NCBI GenBank assembly: GCA_001643675.2
Contig: LSRY02000003.1
Location: 1,736,001 to 1,800,000 of the forward strand
Source of the DNA: Monocercomonoides exilis PA203
Lineage: Eukaryota > Protista > Preaxostyla
DNA: 64,000 nt
Direction of reading: 5' to 3'
Shown here: piece by piece, positions 40,120-53,971 of the stretch
Position numbering within the stretch: the stretch's first letter is position 1
How the letters are laid out: every line of letters starts with the position of its first letter
Notes under the pieces: generated by a model
The model's input: only the letters and a program-made list of their open reading frames with translations
Databases searched by the model: none
Told to the model about the DNA's origin: nothing
Translations under genes and position numbers: made by a program

Positions 40120-40720
40120 TTTCTTTAAAAAATAGAAAAATATAGTTATGCATAAATTTGATCTTTATTCCAAATCGAGGGAAAGTGCATCGCAAATGTT
40201 GCTATATCTCTTCTATTGAATTAGAATTCGCACTTGTTACAGGATATTAGAAATGTTTTTTTATAACACACAGTATGATGTTTATATCTAAGTGTTTCAA
40301 GTGAAGAATAAACACACCATTCATCAGAAATAATTCATGTTCCAACTTTTATGAATTTCTGGATAAGTGGTGTGATAGTTTTGTTTTTTCTGTTTGGAAC
40401 AACAACCACACACAGTTTTCCAGCTCCGCATTCATCTTATATTTCCAAACCTTCGAAAATTCACACTTGATTTCTCTTTCTTCCTCTAATGAACTTCAAT
40501 TTATACAAATTTTCTTTATCAATTTCAACTGTTAATTCATCAAATCCAAGAACTGGTTGTATATCGTTCAACATTTGAGATCAAGAGAGCAGAATCATAC
40601 TCCCACAGTATCCGACTGTGTCCTTATCAACAGAAAGAAGCAAAGAAGAAGTTTTGTTTTGAATCCCTGTATAGTTATATAAATTAATCAGAAGAGAAAT
40701 ACCCAATACAATCTTCATTT
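40120..40720 (-). pseudogene. Second, older Merlin/IS1595-like transposase remnant (not in the ORF track)
   Basis: LGFDELTVEIDK...KFIRGRK...IFEGLE...VVVPNRKNKTITPLIQKFIKVGT*IISDEWCVYSSL...YKHHTV...PVTSANSNSIE. Confidence 0.8.
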
Positions 40721-41085
40721 TGCAGAAAAATAAACCTGAAAGAATGCATTTTCTGTCTTATTCTATTTTATTTTTTTTTCTTTTTTTGTTTTTTCATTTT
40801 TGTTCAGAATTTTGGAAAGGAAAAATAAAGATAAATTTTTCATATTAAATACGTAGAAAATATCAGTGGATTCTGAACATCGGGAAAGTCATAGCAATAA
40901 TTCCTTTTTTCAACATTTCAGATATGATGTTTTCACCTTTCAAGAATTTATTCAGCTAAAAATTTGAACATCATCATGAAGATCCTGTTCACGTTCCACG
41001 AAAAAAACAAGAAAATAAAATATAACATATATCAATAAATATGTACTTTCATTATTATTTAAAATATGATCTTGGAATGAATGAA

Positions 41086-41346
41086 TATGGGTAATTATTT
41101 TTAAAATAATAAATTTTTTCGGAGTGTTGATTTTTCGAAGTTGCTTTTAACTGGGAAGAGATTTTGTTAAAAAATGCAAAAAACAATCAGAACTATTTTT
41201 AAAACAAAAGTTAAATCAGAATTAATAACGACAATGTCTTTAATTATTATTTTCTATTTTCAGTGTTCTTTAAGTGATATTCAAGGGAAATTTTTTGACC
41301 GAAATATCTGTAAGAAAAAATATGATTTCAAACATAATTTCCCATA
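41086..41346. mobile_element. MITE-like element, same TIR family
   Basis: tatgggtaattatttttaaaata ... tatgatttcaaacataatttcccata. Confidence 0.65.
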
Positions 41347-41524
41347 TAAAAATCAAAAATGAAGCAATAAAAAATGTTTTTGAGTTTATTTTTCATCCTC
41401 AAAAAAATCATTTCTGAGCACGAAGCTGATTATACAGATATATTTCATTTTCTCCTATATCATTCATTACATTTACAATATATATTTGATTTTCATTTTC
41501 TATTATTTTTCTCAAAACAATTCT

Positions 41525-44500
41525 TCATTCTTCTTTTTCTGCCTCTTTCTCTGCCTTCCTCCACTGCTCCTCGGGTGATGGCTCCATCGTCACCATCTCA
41601 AACGCTTTTGGATCCTTTCTGATGTTATCATTCACAATCTCTCTCAGATCTTTATTTTCATTCTTCGCCTTTCTCCATCGAACAATGAATATTATTGAAA
41701 CAATTAACAGTATTGCCACAATCACAACACATATAATCAATAACCAATAAGATTTTCCTTCTTTTCCTCCTTCAACCACTTTTTCATCTCCTGTCTTTGA
41801 TTCGGTTTTGTTCTTCAGAATCTGTGGAGAAGTCTCTGCCAATTATTTTCCAAACAGAATCATCACTGACACCTCTGTTTCATCTGAAGCCAATGAAATA
41901 TTTTCTGATGGAACTCTTCCAATCACTTCTGCTTCTGAAACAAAACTGTCTTCCTCAAACTGATATGTCTCAACCAACTCCACATCTCCTGTTTTGAATA
42001 TCAATCTGAATGACAAGTCACAAGGCACAAACAGCGATCCCTTGAATTTTATTCCTATATTGCTTCCATTTTCATTCACTGAAACATCTTCCAATTTTGG
42101 GATGAAGAAAGGAGATGAACTTTCTGCTTCTATCCCTCTCAAATAACATCCATCATTCTAAATCCAAAGAGAAGTATTCTTCTCTTGCCCATCTCACTCT
42201 TTCAAGCTGGATATGGTCAGTGAGGCAGAATCTGAGCAAATGATGTTTCTTCTCTCGATGGATATTTTTCAATGAATGGATTGTTGTTCTCAAACTCTCC
42301 TTTATCAATCGTCACATTGCTGGAAGATACTGACAATCCACCTGATGAAGCATTCGAAATAATCACATCCTTCATCATCAATGAAGAATTCGTCGAATGA
42401 ACAAGAGACCCATTCCATTTGCATATTTCTTCAAAAACGTTTTCGTTCTCCAACAAGTGGTCGTTGATCAACAATCCTTCAAACTCACACGTTTGCATCG
42501 AAACATCCTTTGCATTGCTTATCTCCATAATGCTTCCTTTGCTTGACAGAGAATAACAGTTTGAACAAGTGCAATAAGAAAGTGTCATTTGAGCAGAAGT
42601 TGAAGATGCTGAAAGAACAGAAGCTCCTTCTGAGTTCCTCGTACAGTTGTTGAATGAGCAGATTCCAATAGATATTGAACTCGAAGATGAATCATTAATC
42701 TGAATGATGCAACCTTTAGACAATTTCACTCCATCTGCAGATACTCCTATTAAAACAACACTTCCACAACTGCATATCTCAAATATATTTGCTGCCGATT
42801 CACTCTGTTCCAGTTTCACATTTGTAATATTTATCTCGTCTCCATTCAGCAAAAATGAAGGCTTCTTAAATGAAAGCATGGACATTGAGCAGTTGTCAAC
42901 ATGAAGAATTCCATTTTCTATCTTCAGCAAAGTTGAACTGAGAATAATAGATTCTATGTTATCTGATTGGCCAACCGAAGAAAAATCAACAATTGAAAGA
43001 GAAAGCTGTCCATTTGCTTCATGAATGATAGAACTTCCAGAATAAGAAAACGACTTGCCAAATGAAAACTTAACACGTTCGATCCGAACTTTCTCTGAAG
43101 TTGTGATAAGATTTCCCTCGTCTCCAACAATTGTTGAGTTCAGATACACAAAAGCAGTCGAGGGAGATTCAAGTGAGCGGATGATCACATCCTTTGCTTC
43201 ACATTCTCCGACAACAACTGTCTCCTTTGAAATCAGCAGCTGAGAATAAGATGATGGAATAATGTGCCGAACTCCTTCACTCAAAGACTCACAAGGCGCT
43301 TCAAACCCTCCACATTGCTTGCTGTCTCCATGTTTGTCTGCAACTGAAGAAACAAATATCGTCTCGCTCTGGTATTTCACGACTCTCAACAAAAGATCTT
43401 CTTCTTCAAACGAATCTGTCTCACATACCCATATCGCCAGCTCCTTCACAAATGGTGCACTGAAATCCAGCAAGAACTGCTCTTCAACAATTTGATTTTC
43501 GATTGAGTAACATCTCACATACACGTCTCTCCCTCTGAACGCAGAGTTGTCTCTGAATGTAATATTCGACAGAATAAAGTTCAGAGGCTGCTCAACTGTC
43601 GAGGTACATTCCAGAAACAGCCACCCGCCTCTTCCTGTGGCAGAGCAGAAGCACTCAGAAATCGTGCAAAATGAGCAGTCAAAGCTCCCTCTTTCATTCA
43701 ACACACAAAACATTCCTCCCCCCTTTCCACATTTCAACCCTCCACACTTCTTCATCGTTGTGTTTCGAATCACCATTTTCAATGGCTCATCATTCTCATT
43801 TCGAATGATCGAGATGTTTTCTGTCGTGTCTTGGGTGACTTCTTCAAACAAACTCCACTCAATAATAATGTTTTGTTCTCCTTCATTGCTCCCTCTCTTC
43901 TCTCCAGCTGATCCCTTTGATATCCTCAATCCACTTGCTCCCTCCAGCTCAATATTCTTCATCGTCAGATTTTTCGCATTCAACACTGTTGTTGGCAGCA
44001 CAGAAATAACATCCTGCGAAAAGCTCAACAATTGCATCGTCACCAATTCCAACACAACTGTACCTCCTTCTGCTTTGATCAGCCCATAATCTGTCAATTC
44101 TTCTCTCTCATCTCCTTTTTTGGTGTATGAGCAGTCTTTCACAGTCAACAATCTCTCGCTTGAGTCAACATGTGTCAAAACATTCACGCCACTTGTGAAG
44201 AAAGATGGAATCACAAAGCGAATCAGTTCGAATTTGGAAATGCCTTGAGTCTTCATTACTGCTTCCTCTGCTCCCTCAAGCGATGAGACACATTCCAACG
44301 AACACATGTCTATATTATTTGAGCTTATTGAAATACCACTGAGATCAACACTCTTTGGAAGAATTTTTTTTTCATTGATGCTGATATTCCTTTCGTTTCC
44401 TTCGGACAATTGATCCAAAGAATAATCGATTGATTTGCAAGGACAATTCGAAAACCCACAGGCACCCATATCTTTTCTTTCTCCTCAAACAAATACTTCT

Positions 44501-47500
44501 GAGCTGAGTGTTTGCCAGAAATTGACCAGTGGAATGGCATTTGATGTATCGCTTCCATCAAAGCCTCTCATGGAATTCAATGAAATACGATCCAGTTACA
44601 CAGTCACAAATGGAAGAGAGGTGCTTGTGATGCTCTTCATCAAGTTTGGCGATTCAACAAACAGGTCATTTCCAAATGTCGCAGCATTAGGTTTTTCAGA
44701 ATTGAAAACAGGAGATGATATCACAAATGAAGAATCATCATCAATCAGCTTCAGTGCCATTCCTCCTCCAAAGCCAGTCTTCTCTTCTTCAGCTGGTGTT
44801 ACACATCCAGTGAATGTGCATGAAGTGATATCCATTTGAATGCTCCCTTTCAAGTGGGCATTAATGGCCCCTCCTCTGCTTTCATCATCCAGCACAGAAC
44901 ATCCATCAAATGAACATTCTTCAATATTTATTTCTGCATTTGAATCTTCATCATCGCTGTTGTCAATGCTCACACACCCTCCGCTTCCAGCTGCCCTTTC
45001 GATTTTTGGAAAAGTGCAGTTAGTCATGTTCAACAACAGAGTGTTCATCAACTCATCCCTTGTTCCACTTCCAGACAACGAGATCAATGAATTTCTTCTC
45101 AAATCAATTGATGAAGTCGAGAATGAATCAATGTTCAAGATCCCTGACTCAACGGACAAGAACAGAAATGTCAATTCTGATGTTGGATTTTGAAGGGAAA
45201 AAGTACATTGAGATAAAGTCATTGATGATGAAGAAGATGAAATAAAAGTGGAGCGATGAGAAAGGGAAGAAGTAAGAAGAGAAAAAATGAGTTTTGATAA
45301 TTCTGTTTCAACACTTGCTGTTATCATCGCTGAATTGGATGTTTCACTTGAATCAGAGATTGTCCAGCCACTTTGATCATCATTTCCTCTGATTTCATGC
45401 TTCTGATCAGAAAAGGTTAATTCATCGCTCATCGCAACCATTCCATTCACAACAATTTTCTTTGTTTCTGTTTGTCTTGTGAGTGAGTGCTTCAAAGTCA
45501 AACATGGGAATTGGACAATTCCACAATGTGAGTGATCAGATGCCTCAGTATTACTCACATATATTTCTTCTGGGTTTAAGAGATAGATGCAAAGAGGAAT
45601 GGCCACACTCGTATTTCCATTGTCATATCCTCTCACCTTCTCAAGAGAATCCAATGAATCTGTCACACATGTGATGTTTTCTGATTTTGCTGTTTCTTCT
45701 AGATTGGGTGAAAAGATGAAGATATCATTCCCCCATTTGGCTGTGTTTGTGCTAAAGGAAGTAGAAATCTGGAAATCTGGGTTTTCATTCAATAATCGAA
45801 GAAAAATTCCTCCTCCAAGTCCATATGTTGCAGAGCAAAAGCACCCATCAAAAGATCCACCTTTCACTTTCACCTCATTTTCGTTTCCAACACACAACAT
45901 TATCGATCCTCCATTTTCTGAACTTGAACTTCCACAACCATCAAAAGTGCAAGAATCCAGATCGATGTTTGCCTTGTCGTTGGAAAACGACATCACTGCT
46001 GCTCCGTTGGTTGCTCTTTCTATTTCATTAAAAGTTGATTCTGAAAGCTTCAATGATATTTAATTTGTCGAAGAAAGCGAAAACAATGATGTTGCGGAAA
46101 TCGTCTTTGCACAGTTCACATATTCCATCTGCAACATCCCATTCTGGACATTTATCAGCTCTGTCGAAAAAGCTGTTTCTGCTGGTAGTTCACTTCCTGT
46201 TGATATGTTCAGACTGCTCACATACATCTCTTCTGCTCCACTTATCTCAAATATCCTCGAGACTCGATTATTTACACATGCAGAGTCGTGCACAAGGGCA
46301 AGATCATTGACAGTCAACGTTCCTGCCGAGACTGAAAAAAGAGACAAGCCAGATGCTTCCAATTCAGTCTGCACAGTGGTTGTTGAATTTCTTTGGCCAT
46401 AAATTGATAAACCATCTGCACCACAATCCACATTTTTTGTCACGATTATTGTTCCTGTGAGTATTTTGATATCCTTCACAAATTCTGGAATCAGTTGAGT
46501 CAAACAATGGCTGATGGTGCAACACGGATAAGATTCATTAATTCCACATACAAATGCATCCATTGCATGAGGTTGTGTTTGAACTGTAGAGACAAATCTG
46601 ATTCTTCCGCCTGCATTATTAAGCCATTCACTTTTATCAGTGATTGGTTCGTGATATGTGACAACTCTGTTTTTTGTTTGCCGGGTTGAATAGCAGCTGG
46701 GATCAATGTTGTTTTCTGAAGAGCCAGAAAGATAAATATCATGCCCTCCTGTTGTGCACGTATTATTGTGAAAAAAACAATAGAAAAGCAAAATTCCATT
46801 ATTATTTGTATTAATCTGTTGGCTAACTGCTCCTCCATACATTGAATAACAATGACAAAAGAGACAATTCGAAATAGCAACTTGATCAGTGCATTCAAAA
46901 TGTTCAATGGCACCACCTGTACCACTTGCTGCTTCATTAGATTGGCAATTGTCGAAAAATGAATTAATAATGCATTTCTTCTGCCTCTGAGTTTTCGTTG
47001 GACGCAGATCAATTGCTCCTCCGTCATTTCCTGAAGAACAGTTTTGAAAATAGCAATCTTCAACCATTGATTGAAAGTTGACATTCTCGATCATTATTCC
47101 TCCTCCACCACAATCAATAGCTTCATATGCTTCACATTGGACGAATGTTGTATGTTGAACAAGGCATTCAGCGATATTCAAAGCAAATATTCCTCCGCCA
47201 AACGTTGACGAAGCGTTGCATCTCAAAAAGGAAGAGTTCTCAACAGTCAGAATAGCATTTTCATTTTCATGCACATAAAGAGCACCTCCTTGGGGTGCCG
47301 TGCAGTCAACCCATTCGCACAATGAAAACGATTGGCCTTCTGTTGTGTCCATTCGTTCTTTTTTCTGAAAAGCATTCATTTCTCTCTTCCCAAAGTTTGT
47401 TGTTGTGTTTTTGCAGATAAACTCTTGTGAAGAATAGGATCCACTCGAGATCCCTCCTTCAAAGGCATTCACGCATGAATAAATGAGGCAGTTATCCATT

Positions 47501-47950
47501 GAACTTCGAAAGCATGAATGTTTCACATTATGATCGCTTTTCTTATCAGATTTCACAGACATGTTTCTGAAGGCACAGTTTGAAATCTCTTCACTTTGGC
47601 TCTTTCCTGATAACAGGAAATAGTCTAAAGATGAGACAGTCAGATCTACAACGATGGAATTTCTCAAAATAACAGAATTTGAATCATCAGATGAAAATAT
47701 GAGGCTGGAAGGGCAAAGATTCTTTTGGGGGATCAAAGTCAAATTCACAGTGTTGATTGACCCACTTTGCAAAAGAAAAGGAGATGCTGATTTTTTGTGA
47801 AAAATGAAGGAATCCATCATTAGAGTTTATGCATCTGTAATCAGCACACACGTTGAAGAAGAATGTTAAATTGCAGAATTGTTTTGAGAGACCTGTTTGA
47901 AGTTGAAATGGAAGAATATGAAGGATAAAATGAAGAAGAAGAAGAAGAAG
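41525..47950 (-). pseudogene. Frameshifted paralogue of the beta-helix/TM receptor, truncated after the TM segment
   Basis: Consecutive ORFs with GG(A/G)-CxF and CGxxxxPC repeats, 'ICKWNGSLV', a TM segment and 'KDPKAFEMVTME' (cf. KDQKSFEMVTMD). No kinase-like part. Confidence 0.85.
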
Positions 47951-47989
47951 ATATCTTAACAGTTGTTTTTTTGTTGTAATTTTTATTTA

Positions 47990-50900
47990 TTCAGCAACAT
48001 CAACAATGGGGCAACGAATCCGTGTTCTTCGATATTCTCTCTTCAGAACAGCTACGAAATCGAAGTTGTTGGGTGCACGTTCCAAACACTTGGCTCAGAA
48101 GGATGCAAAAAGGGAGGAGCGATGTCTTTTGAGCTGAAAGAGGCAGATGGACAGCTGAAGATGAGCAATGTTGGGGTGACGAACAGCGTCTGCAGCAGTT
48201 CTGAAGGATGTGGGGGAGGAATCTATTTGGCATGTGCAACAGACAACAATGACAAATGTTCATTTGCAGATAAAAGCATTGGAGGAGGCAAGGCACACCA
48301 GGGAAGAGATATGTATATTGTGGTGAATGATATGAGAAGGGGAGTGAATTCTGAGTTGTTTGTGTCTGTTCGACTTTCAAAGGAAAAGGAGGGTTTTTGT
48401 ATTTGAGCTTCTGCTATTCGATCTATCTGTTCTCTTTGTCTGACTTGGTGTTTTCTGAGAATGAAGCACTTAAAGGCAGAAATGTGTTCATATTGAGCTA
48501 GGATTTGAATTCTTCAGTTGTCATTGAAAGGTTGATGTTTGATTGGACTGAATGGAAGAATACAACAGCTTTCTTTGGGGCAGACAAATTGAACTTTACA
48601 GAAGGCATTTCTTTGGAAAAGTTGCTGTTTGATCACATAGACACTTCTGTTGTTGTGTCGTCGAGTGGAAGAGACATCCACGGGTGCGGATCAGAAACGG
48701 AGCCTTGTATGTCATTTTGGGAAGGAATGAGGCATTTCAGAGAAGGAATTCAGTTCAGAGAAATCAAAACCAACACAAGTGCTGCCATTTCAGACGAGTG
48801 GGACCTTTCAAACAGCTCAATAAGTTCAGTTGTTCCTTCTTCTCCTGGTTATTCTTCTTCCTCCTCTTCCTCTGATGAGCCTTCCTCAGATGAATGCACA
48901 ATCATTGTGGGAAAAGCTATTCAATCTCTTTCTGAGCCTTCTGAGGCTGCGCTCACAAACAAGCTTATACTCACATTCACATCCATCAACTTCTGCCTGC
49001 CTTCATTTTTCGAAACACCACAAAAGGAACTTCTTTTCACTGAGACAGGAACAGCCACGCTTAACAAATGCTCCTTTGCGATGCAGACAGCAGAAGAAGG
49101 CATTGCGTTTGTGCTTTTCCATGTTTCGTCTGGAACACTTTCGATTGAATAGTCTAAAATGGTCGAGCTCTCCTTTGCGACATCAGCCATCCGACTTGCC
49201 GCGCCGGCTGCACATTTTGTGGCGAGTGCGTTTTCTGTTGATGTTCTGAATTTTGCAGATGGATAGTTTATTTCTGTGGGCGATGCAGAAGAGAAGGGGG
49301 ATGAGGAATCAGTGTTATCAAAGAATGGCAAAGAAACGAAAGCGAGCAAAGATGCGAGCGAAATCAGACTGGAGAATCTTCAGTGGCATCTCATCCGTAG
49401 CGCAAATACGAAGGCGTTGACCATTGCCAATGAGAACTCGCTGTCTGTGATGGACTTCAGCGAGTTGGCCTTTGACAGAGAAAATGCGATCTTCGGGGTG
49501 GACTAAGAAAACGAGGAGCCGATTGATTTGGTGCCATTTATTGTGTTCTACAAGTCGGAGCGGATATTTGTGTCAGGAGAGAAGGGGAAGAACGAGAAGG
49601 ACTGTGGGCAAAGGGAAGACCCGTGTGAGACACTCAGCGAGGCTGTGCGGCATCTGAACGACGAGCCGTACAAGAACGTGCTGGTGGTGAAGAAGGAAGC
49701 TGTTTCAGCAGAGACAGCCATTTCATCAGCGACAGTGCAGACAGTCGGAGGCAGCCCAGCTGTTTTCGAGTTCAACTGCGAAATCGCTCAGACGGATGGA
49801 AGTGCGGATTGTGTTGTGTCTTCGTCAGGGGAATGTCAAATTATGGGGATGGACATCGTCTTTGGCCCCAGCTTCGCTTCGGCGCATCGCTCTGTCTTTG
49901 GCGTGAGGAGCGGAAATCTGACGATCAGCGACTGCGCAATCAAGTCAGAAGAGCTGGTGTAGTTGGCAAACACTTTTTTTTTTTTTGCGTTAAGAGTTAT
50001 TGTTTGTGTTTGAGCAATATTTCGTTCTCAGCCATCCGCTTGCAGGCATCGAGGCAGCAGCCATCAGCAGAAGCATTTGGAGCAAAGCAATTTGCTCAGT
50101 CTTCTTTTGCTTTGTCTTTGTTAGAGCAAGAAGCAGGGAATTCGTTCATTGAGGCCTGCTCAGGTGCTGCTGTGAAGTTGATTGATGTCTGCTTCAAAGA
50201 GCTATCTTTATTTGTCGTGTCGGGCGATGCCTCGCAGTCGGCTCATGTTATCAAGTGCGAGTTGTCTTCTCTGACAGTCTGTTGGCTGAGAATAGAAGAT
50301 TGCTCTGTTTCTTTCATAACACCTTCCGATTCTTCATCTTCATCATTATCTTCATCATCGTCCATTTCTTCTTCTTCTCATTCTCCCAATTCCTTTGAGT
50401 CATCTGCGAACTCTCTCATTTCTGTGTCTGGTGGCAGCTTGGCTGTGCTGGCAGACATTTGCATAGAGCATGTTTTAGAGTGCTGTGGTGTGCTCTCTGC
50501 AGAAAGCTGGTGCAAAATGAAAGTGAAGCAAATCAATGTCTCTTCGCTGTCTTCGCATTCATCTGTCTTTGCAGCAGAAATGTCATCATCAATTTTTATG
50601 AGAGAAGTGAAATTTAGAAAAGTGGTTGTGGAAAAAGGAAGCTAATTTGCCCTTCTGCCTTCTCCTCATCTTCGGAATTGTAAATCAGATAAATTTGAGT
50701 GTAATTCTAATTTTAACAAAGCGCACAATGAAGACATCGAAAAGTTATTTTTGTTGGTTTTATCAGAAATTAGTGATGTTCAGCTGAAGCATTCGGAAGG
50801 AGCAGCTGTGAAGGCAGCCAGTTGGAACAGCCGCATTCTGATTGACTCGTGTGTGTTCAGCAATATCAGCAGTCAGCGCGAAAGAGGAAGCTATTTGGAT

Positions 50901-51752
50901 TTGACTTCGTGCATTAATGTGACAATTGAAAATAGTTCATTTTTTGGCACTTTAAACGATAAAAATTACGATATACAGAATGTAAATGCAAAAGTCAACA
51001 AAAACAACGAAATCGGATGGCAAATAGATGGCATCTGCAAATGGAACAGCTCTTCAGTCAACTTTATAGAAAGTACAGTTTATGTGAACGAAACTTCATT
51101 TGAGAACTTCTCTCAAGGAGCCATTTCTCTGTCTAACTCGACTGTTACGATAGAAATGGGGATGTTTCAGAACAACAATCCATTTGTTTCCGGCTATCCT
51201 TCTCTTCGACGCAACATTTTGTGTTCAGATGGAAGCACGTTGAATGTGAAGAGTGTGAAAGGAGGAGATGGAATGAAGGATAACGCCTCATTTTGGATGT
51301 TGAGCGAAGGTTGCGCTCTCAAAGGAATTCTTTCTGAAGTGTCAACTCCTTTATTTATCTCCATTATTGAAGAAGTGAAGACAACGAAAGAGGAAAATGT
51401 GATGAAAATAATATGTTTGGGACATCTTTTGATGCGTTGCAATCTGTCGATGCAAATAATATTCAAAAGAGGAGATGAAAAAGAAGTTTTGAAGGAGTTT
51501 AGCAAAGAGGATTATATTAATGAAAATGAAATTTGTTACGATATTGACTTGACATTATATGAATGGGACGAAGAAGATGCAGAAATGTATGAGTTTGTTT
51601 TATTTGGAGATGAAACAGCGTCTTCAACAGAGAATTTTATTATGAAGAACAAAAGAAGTCCTCAAACAAAAGGAGATGAAGAAATAGATAAAAGAGTTAA
51701 AGGAGAAAAGAGCGTGCTGAAAGGAGAAACAGAAAAAGAAGATCAAAGATAA
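47990..51752 (+). pseudogene. Decayed internal fragment of another receptor paralogue
   Basis: Broken ORFs with CGSETEPC, CGQREDPC, ICKWNSSSV and YPSLRRNILCS matching the 54-63 kb protein. Confidence 0.8.
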
Positions 51753-53672
51753 ATTAAGGGAATAATGGAAGTTCCAAATATTGGACGGAAGTATAATGGT
51801 GATATAATACAAGAAGAATTAGAGAAAGAGCTTGAAGTGTTTGAATGGGAGAGAAAGCAAAAGAAAAGAAAGAAAAAGAAAAGGCAGATAGTGATTCGAA
51901 TATTGAAAATACAGTGTTGCCAGATATTGACTTGAATGATTAGATCATAAGGGAATTAAGTTGTGAAATTTTCTAAAAAGCAATGTTCAGCTGGAGGTAT
52001 TAGTGAAAATGAAGAAATATGGGAATAAAGATGCTTTTTGAGAATTTGTTATTTGGAGGGTTCGTTGTTAGGCTTAAAAAATGAATGTGCAAAAAGTTAA
52101 TGAAAAGGAAAAATATGTTGATTGGGCGATTAAGCAATGGAAAAAAGAAAAATTTAAAAAGAAATGTGTAATCCATTATTTGAAAATTAGAAACACAAAT
52201 GATGAATTGAGATTTTAGATTTTGTTGAATATGAAATGAAGTTGAGTTAAAGAAAAGTATATGATGTATTTTATGTGTTTTGATAATGATTTATTATTAT
52301 TTGTTTATTTTTAGCAGCATTGGAAGAGATTATTGTAATGGATGAATATTTTGTATATTTTGAAATATAAAGTTTTAAAGAGCGTGAATAGGTTGATATA
52401 AGAATGATGAATTAATGTAATATTAGTATATAAAGGAGGTTTGTTAATTTTTTTAAAATTTTTAAAGGAAAACGAAATAAATATATTGATGATGTATTTT
52501 TTATTGTTTTATTAAAATTTGTGTGCAGAAACAAAAGTGATGATATGAAGAAAGTTAAATAGGAATGAAACATGAAAAGTTAAAGAAAAAGAAATTTAAT
52601 GAATTTACATAAAGATTGGAATGAAGAGAAGAAGGTTGAATGATAATTGAATGGTTTGTATGGATGTATTTTTAAAATGTGGTCAGGTGAAGTTTATAAA
52701 ACTGGTTTAAAATATTTATAAAACAATATATTGAAATAAATTTAGGAAGATTGAAGAGAATATGATGAATGGAAGATGGAAAAGGAGATGAAGATATTAA
52801 GTTAAAAGATGAAGAAATTAAGATAATAATGGAAGGATGATGATATTAGAAGAAGAAGCGTATGGAAAGAAAAAGAGATTGAAGTGAAATGAGTAAGTGG
52901 GATGAGTTTTAAAGAAATCATGAATCCATAATAGAAACATGATAATAATAATATTTTGGGATGGATGATCATAATGAATTATTGAAAGAGAATTTGATAA
53001 GAATGAAAAGTGGAATGAATGTAATGATGAGAAGATGAGAAGTTTTGATAAGAAATGAAGATATTTATTTGAGAAAAAAGTGAATAGAGATGAGAGTGAA
53101 GAAGAGTTAGAATTGTTTAAAATTGAAGAAAAGGATGATTAAGTAGATAGGAAAATGAGGAAAAAAGAAGGTTTAAGAAAGTAAATGATGATTTGTAATT
53201 GATATGTTATGTTTTAAAGGAATTAATGTTGATTATGAAAAGAAAATGATGTATGGTAAAAGATGAAGTAGATGAATATTGAAAAGTTGATTTGGTTATT
53301 TGTATGAAAGGTATGAAATTTAATAGTGTTGTTATAGATTATTATGTTGTAAAAGAGAATGGGTTATATTGTTATTTGGTTAATATGGATAAAAGTGAAT
53401 ATTTATTAAAAGTTAGAATGTTTTTAATTTATATTCTAAAGAAATTTATGAATTTGATATATTTTAATGTTTATTTATGATTTATTGATAGTTATTATAA
53501 ATATTATAATTATAATAATTTTGAATTTAATTCAAGTTGGATAGTGTTTTGTTTTATTGAAAAGATCAAATATTATGATCTATATAATTTGTATTGAAAA
53601 AAATATTTTATTAATTTATGAAATGAGTTAAAATCAAGTTGTTTGTATTTAAGTATGGATCCAATTTCTCAT

Positions 53673-53701
53673 GGGGGGGGAACATTGGGGGGGGGAGGTG
53701 G
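53673..53701 (+). other. G8-aacatt-G9-a-GG-t-GG tract (potential G-quadruplex) ~270 bp upstream of the receptor ATG
   Basis: Read directly; isolated in very AT-rich DNA. Function inferred only. Confidence 0.5.
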
Positions 53702-53971
53702 TTAAAAAATTAACCTTCCAGTGTGACTCTTGTATGGGATTGGTTGGTTGCAAGGGGTGTAATTCCAGCAATTCTGTACTTGAGTGCACAAGAATTTTTA
53801 AGGGAAAAATTTGATTGATATGGAGAGTATAATAACGTAATAAAAAATAAAATATTAAGAAATAAATAAAAATGATAATATAAAATGGAAATTGATATGG
53901 GAATAGTGATTAGAACCATTAATGATAATGGTTATTTGCGAGGAGATATGAAATTTCACTGCAGTTTGAAA

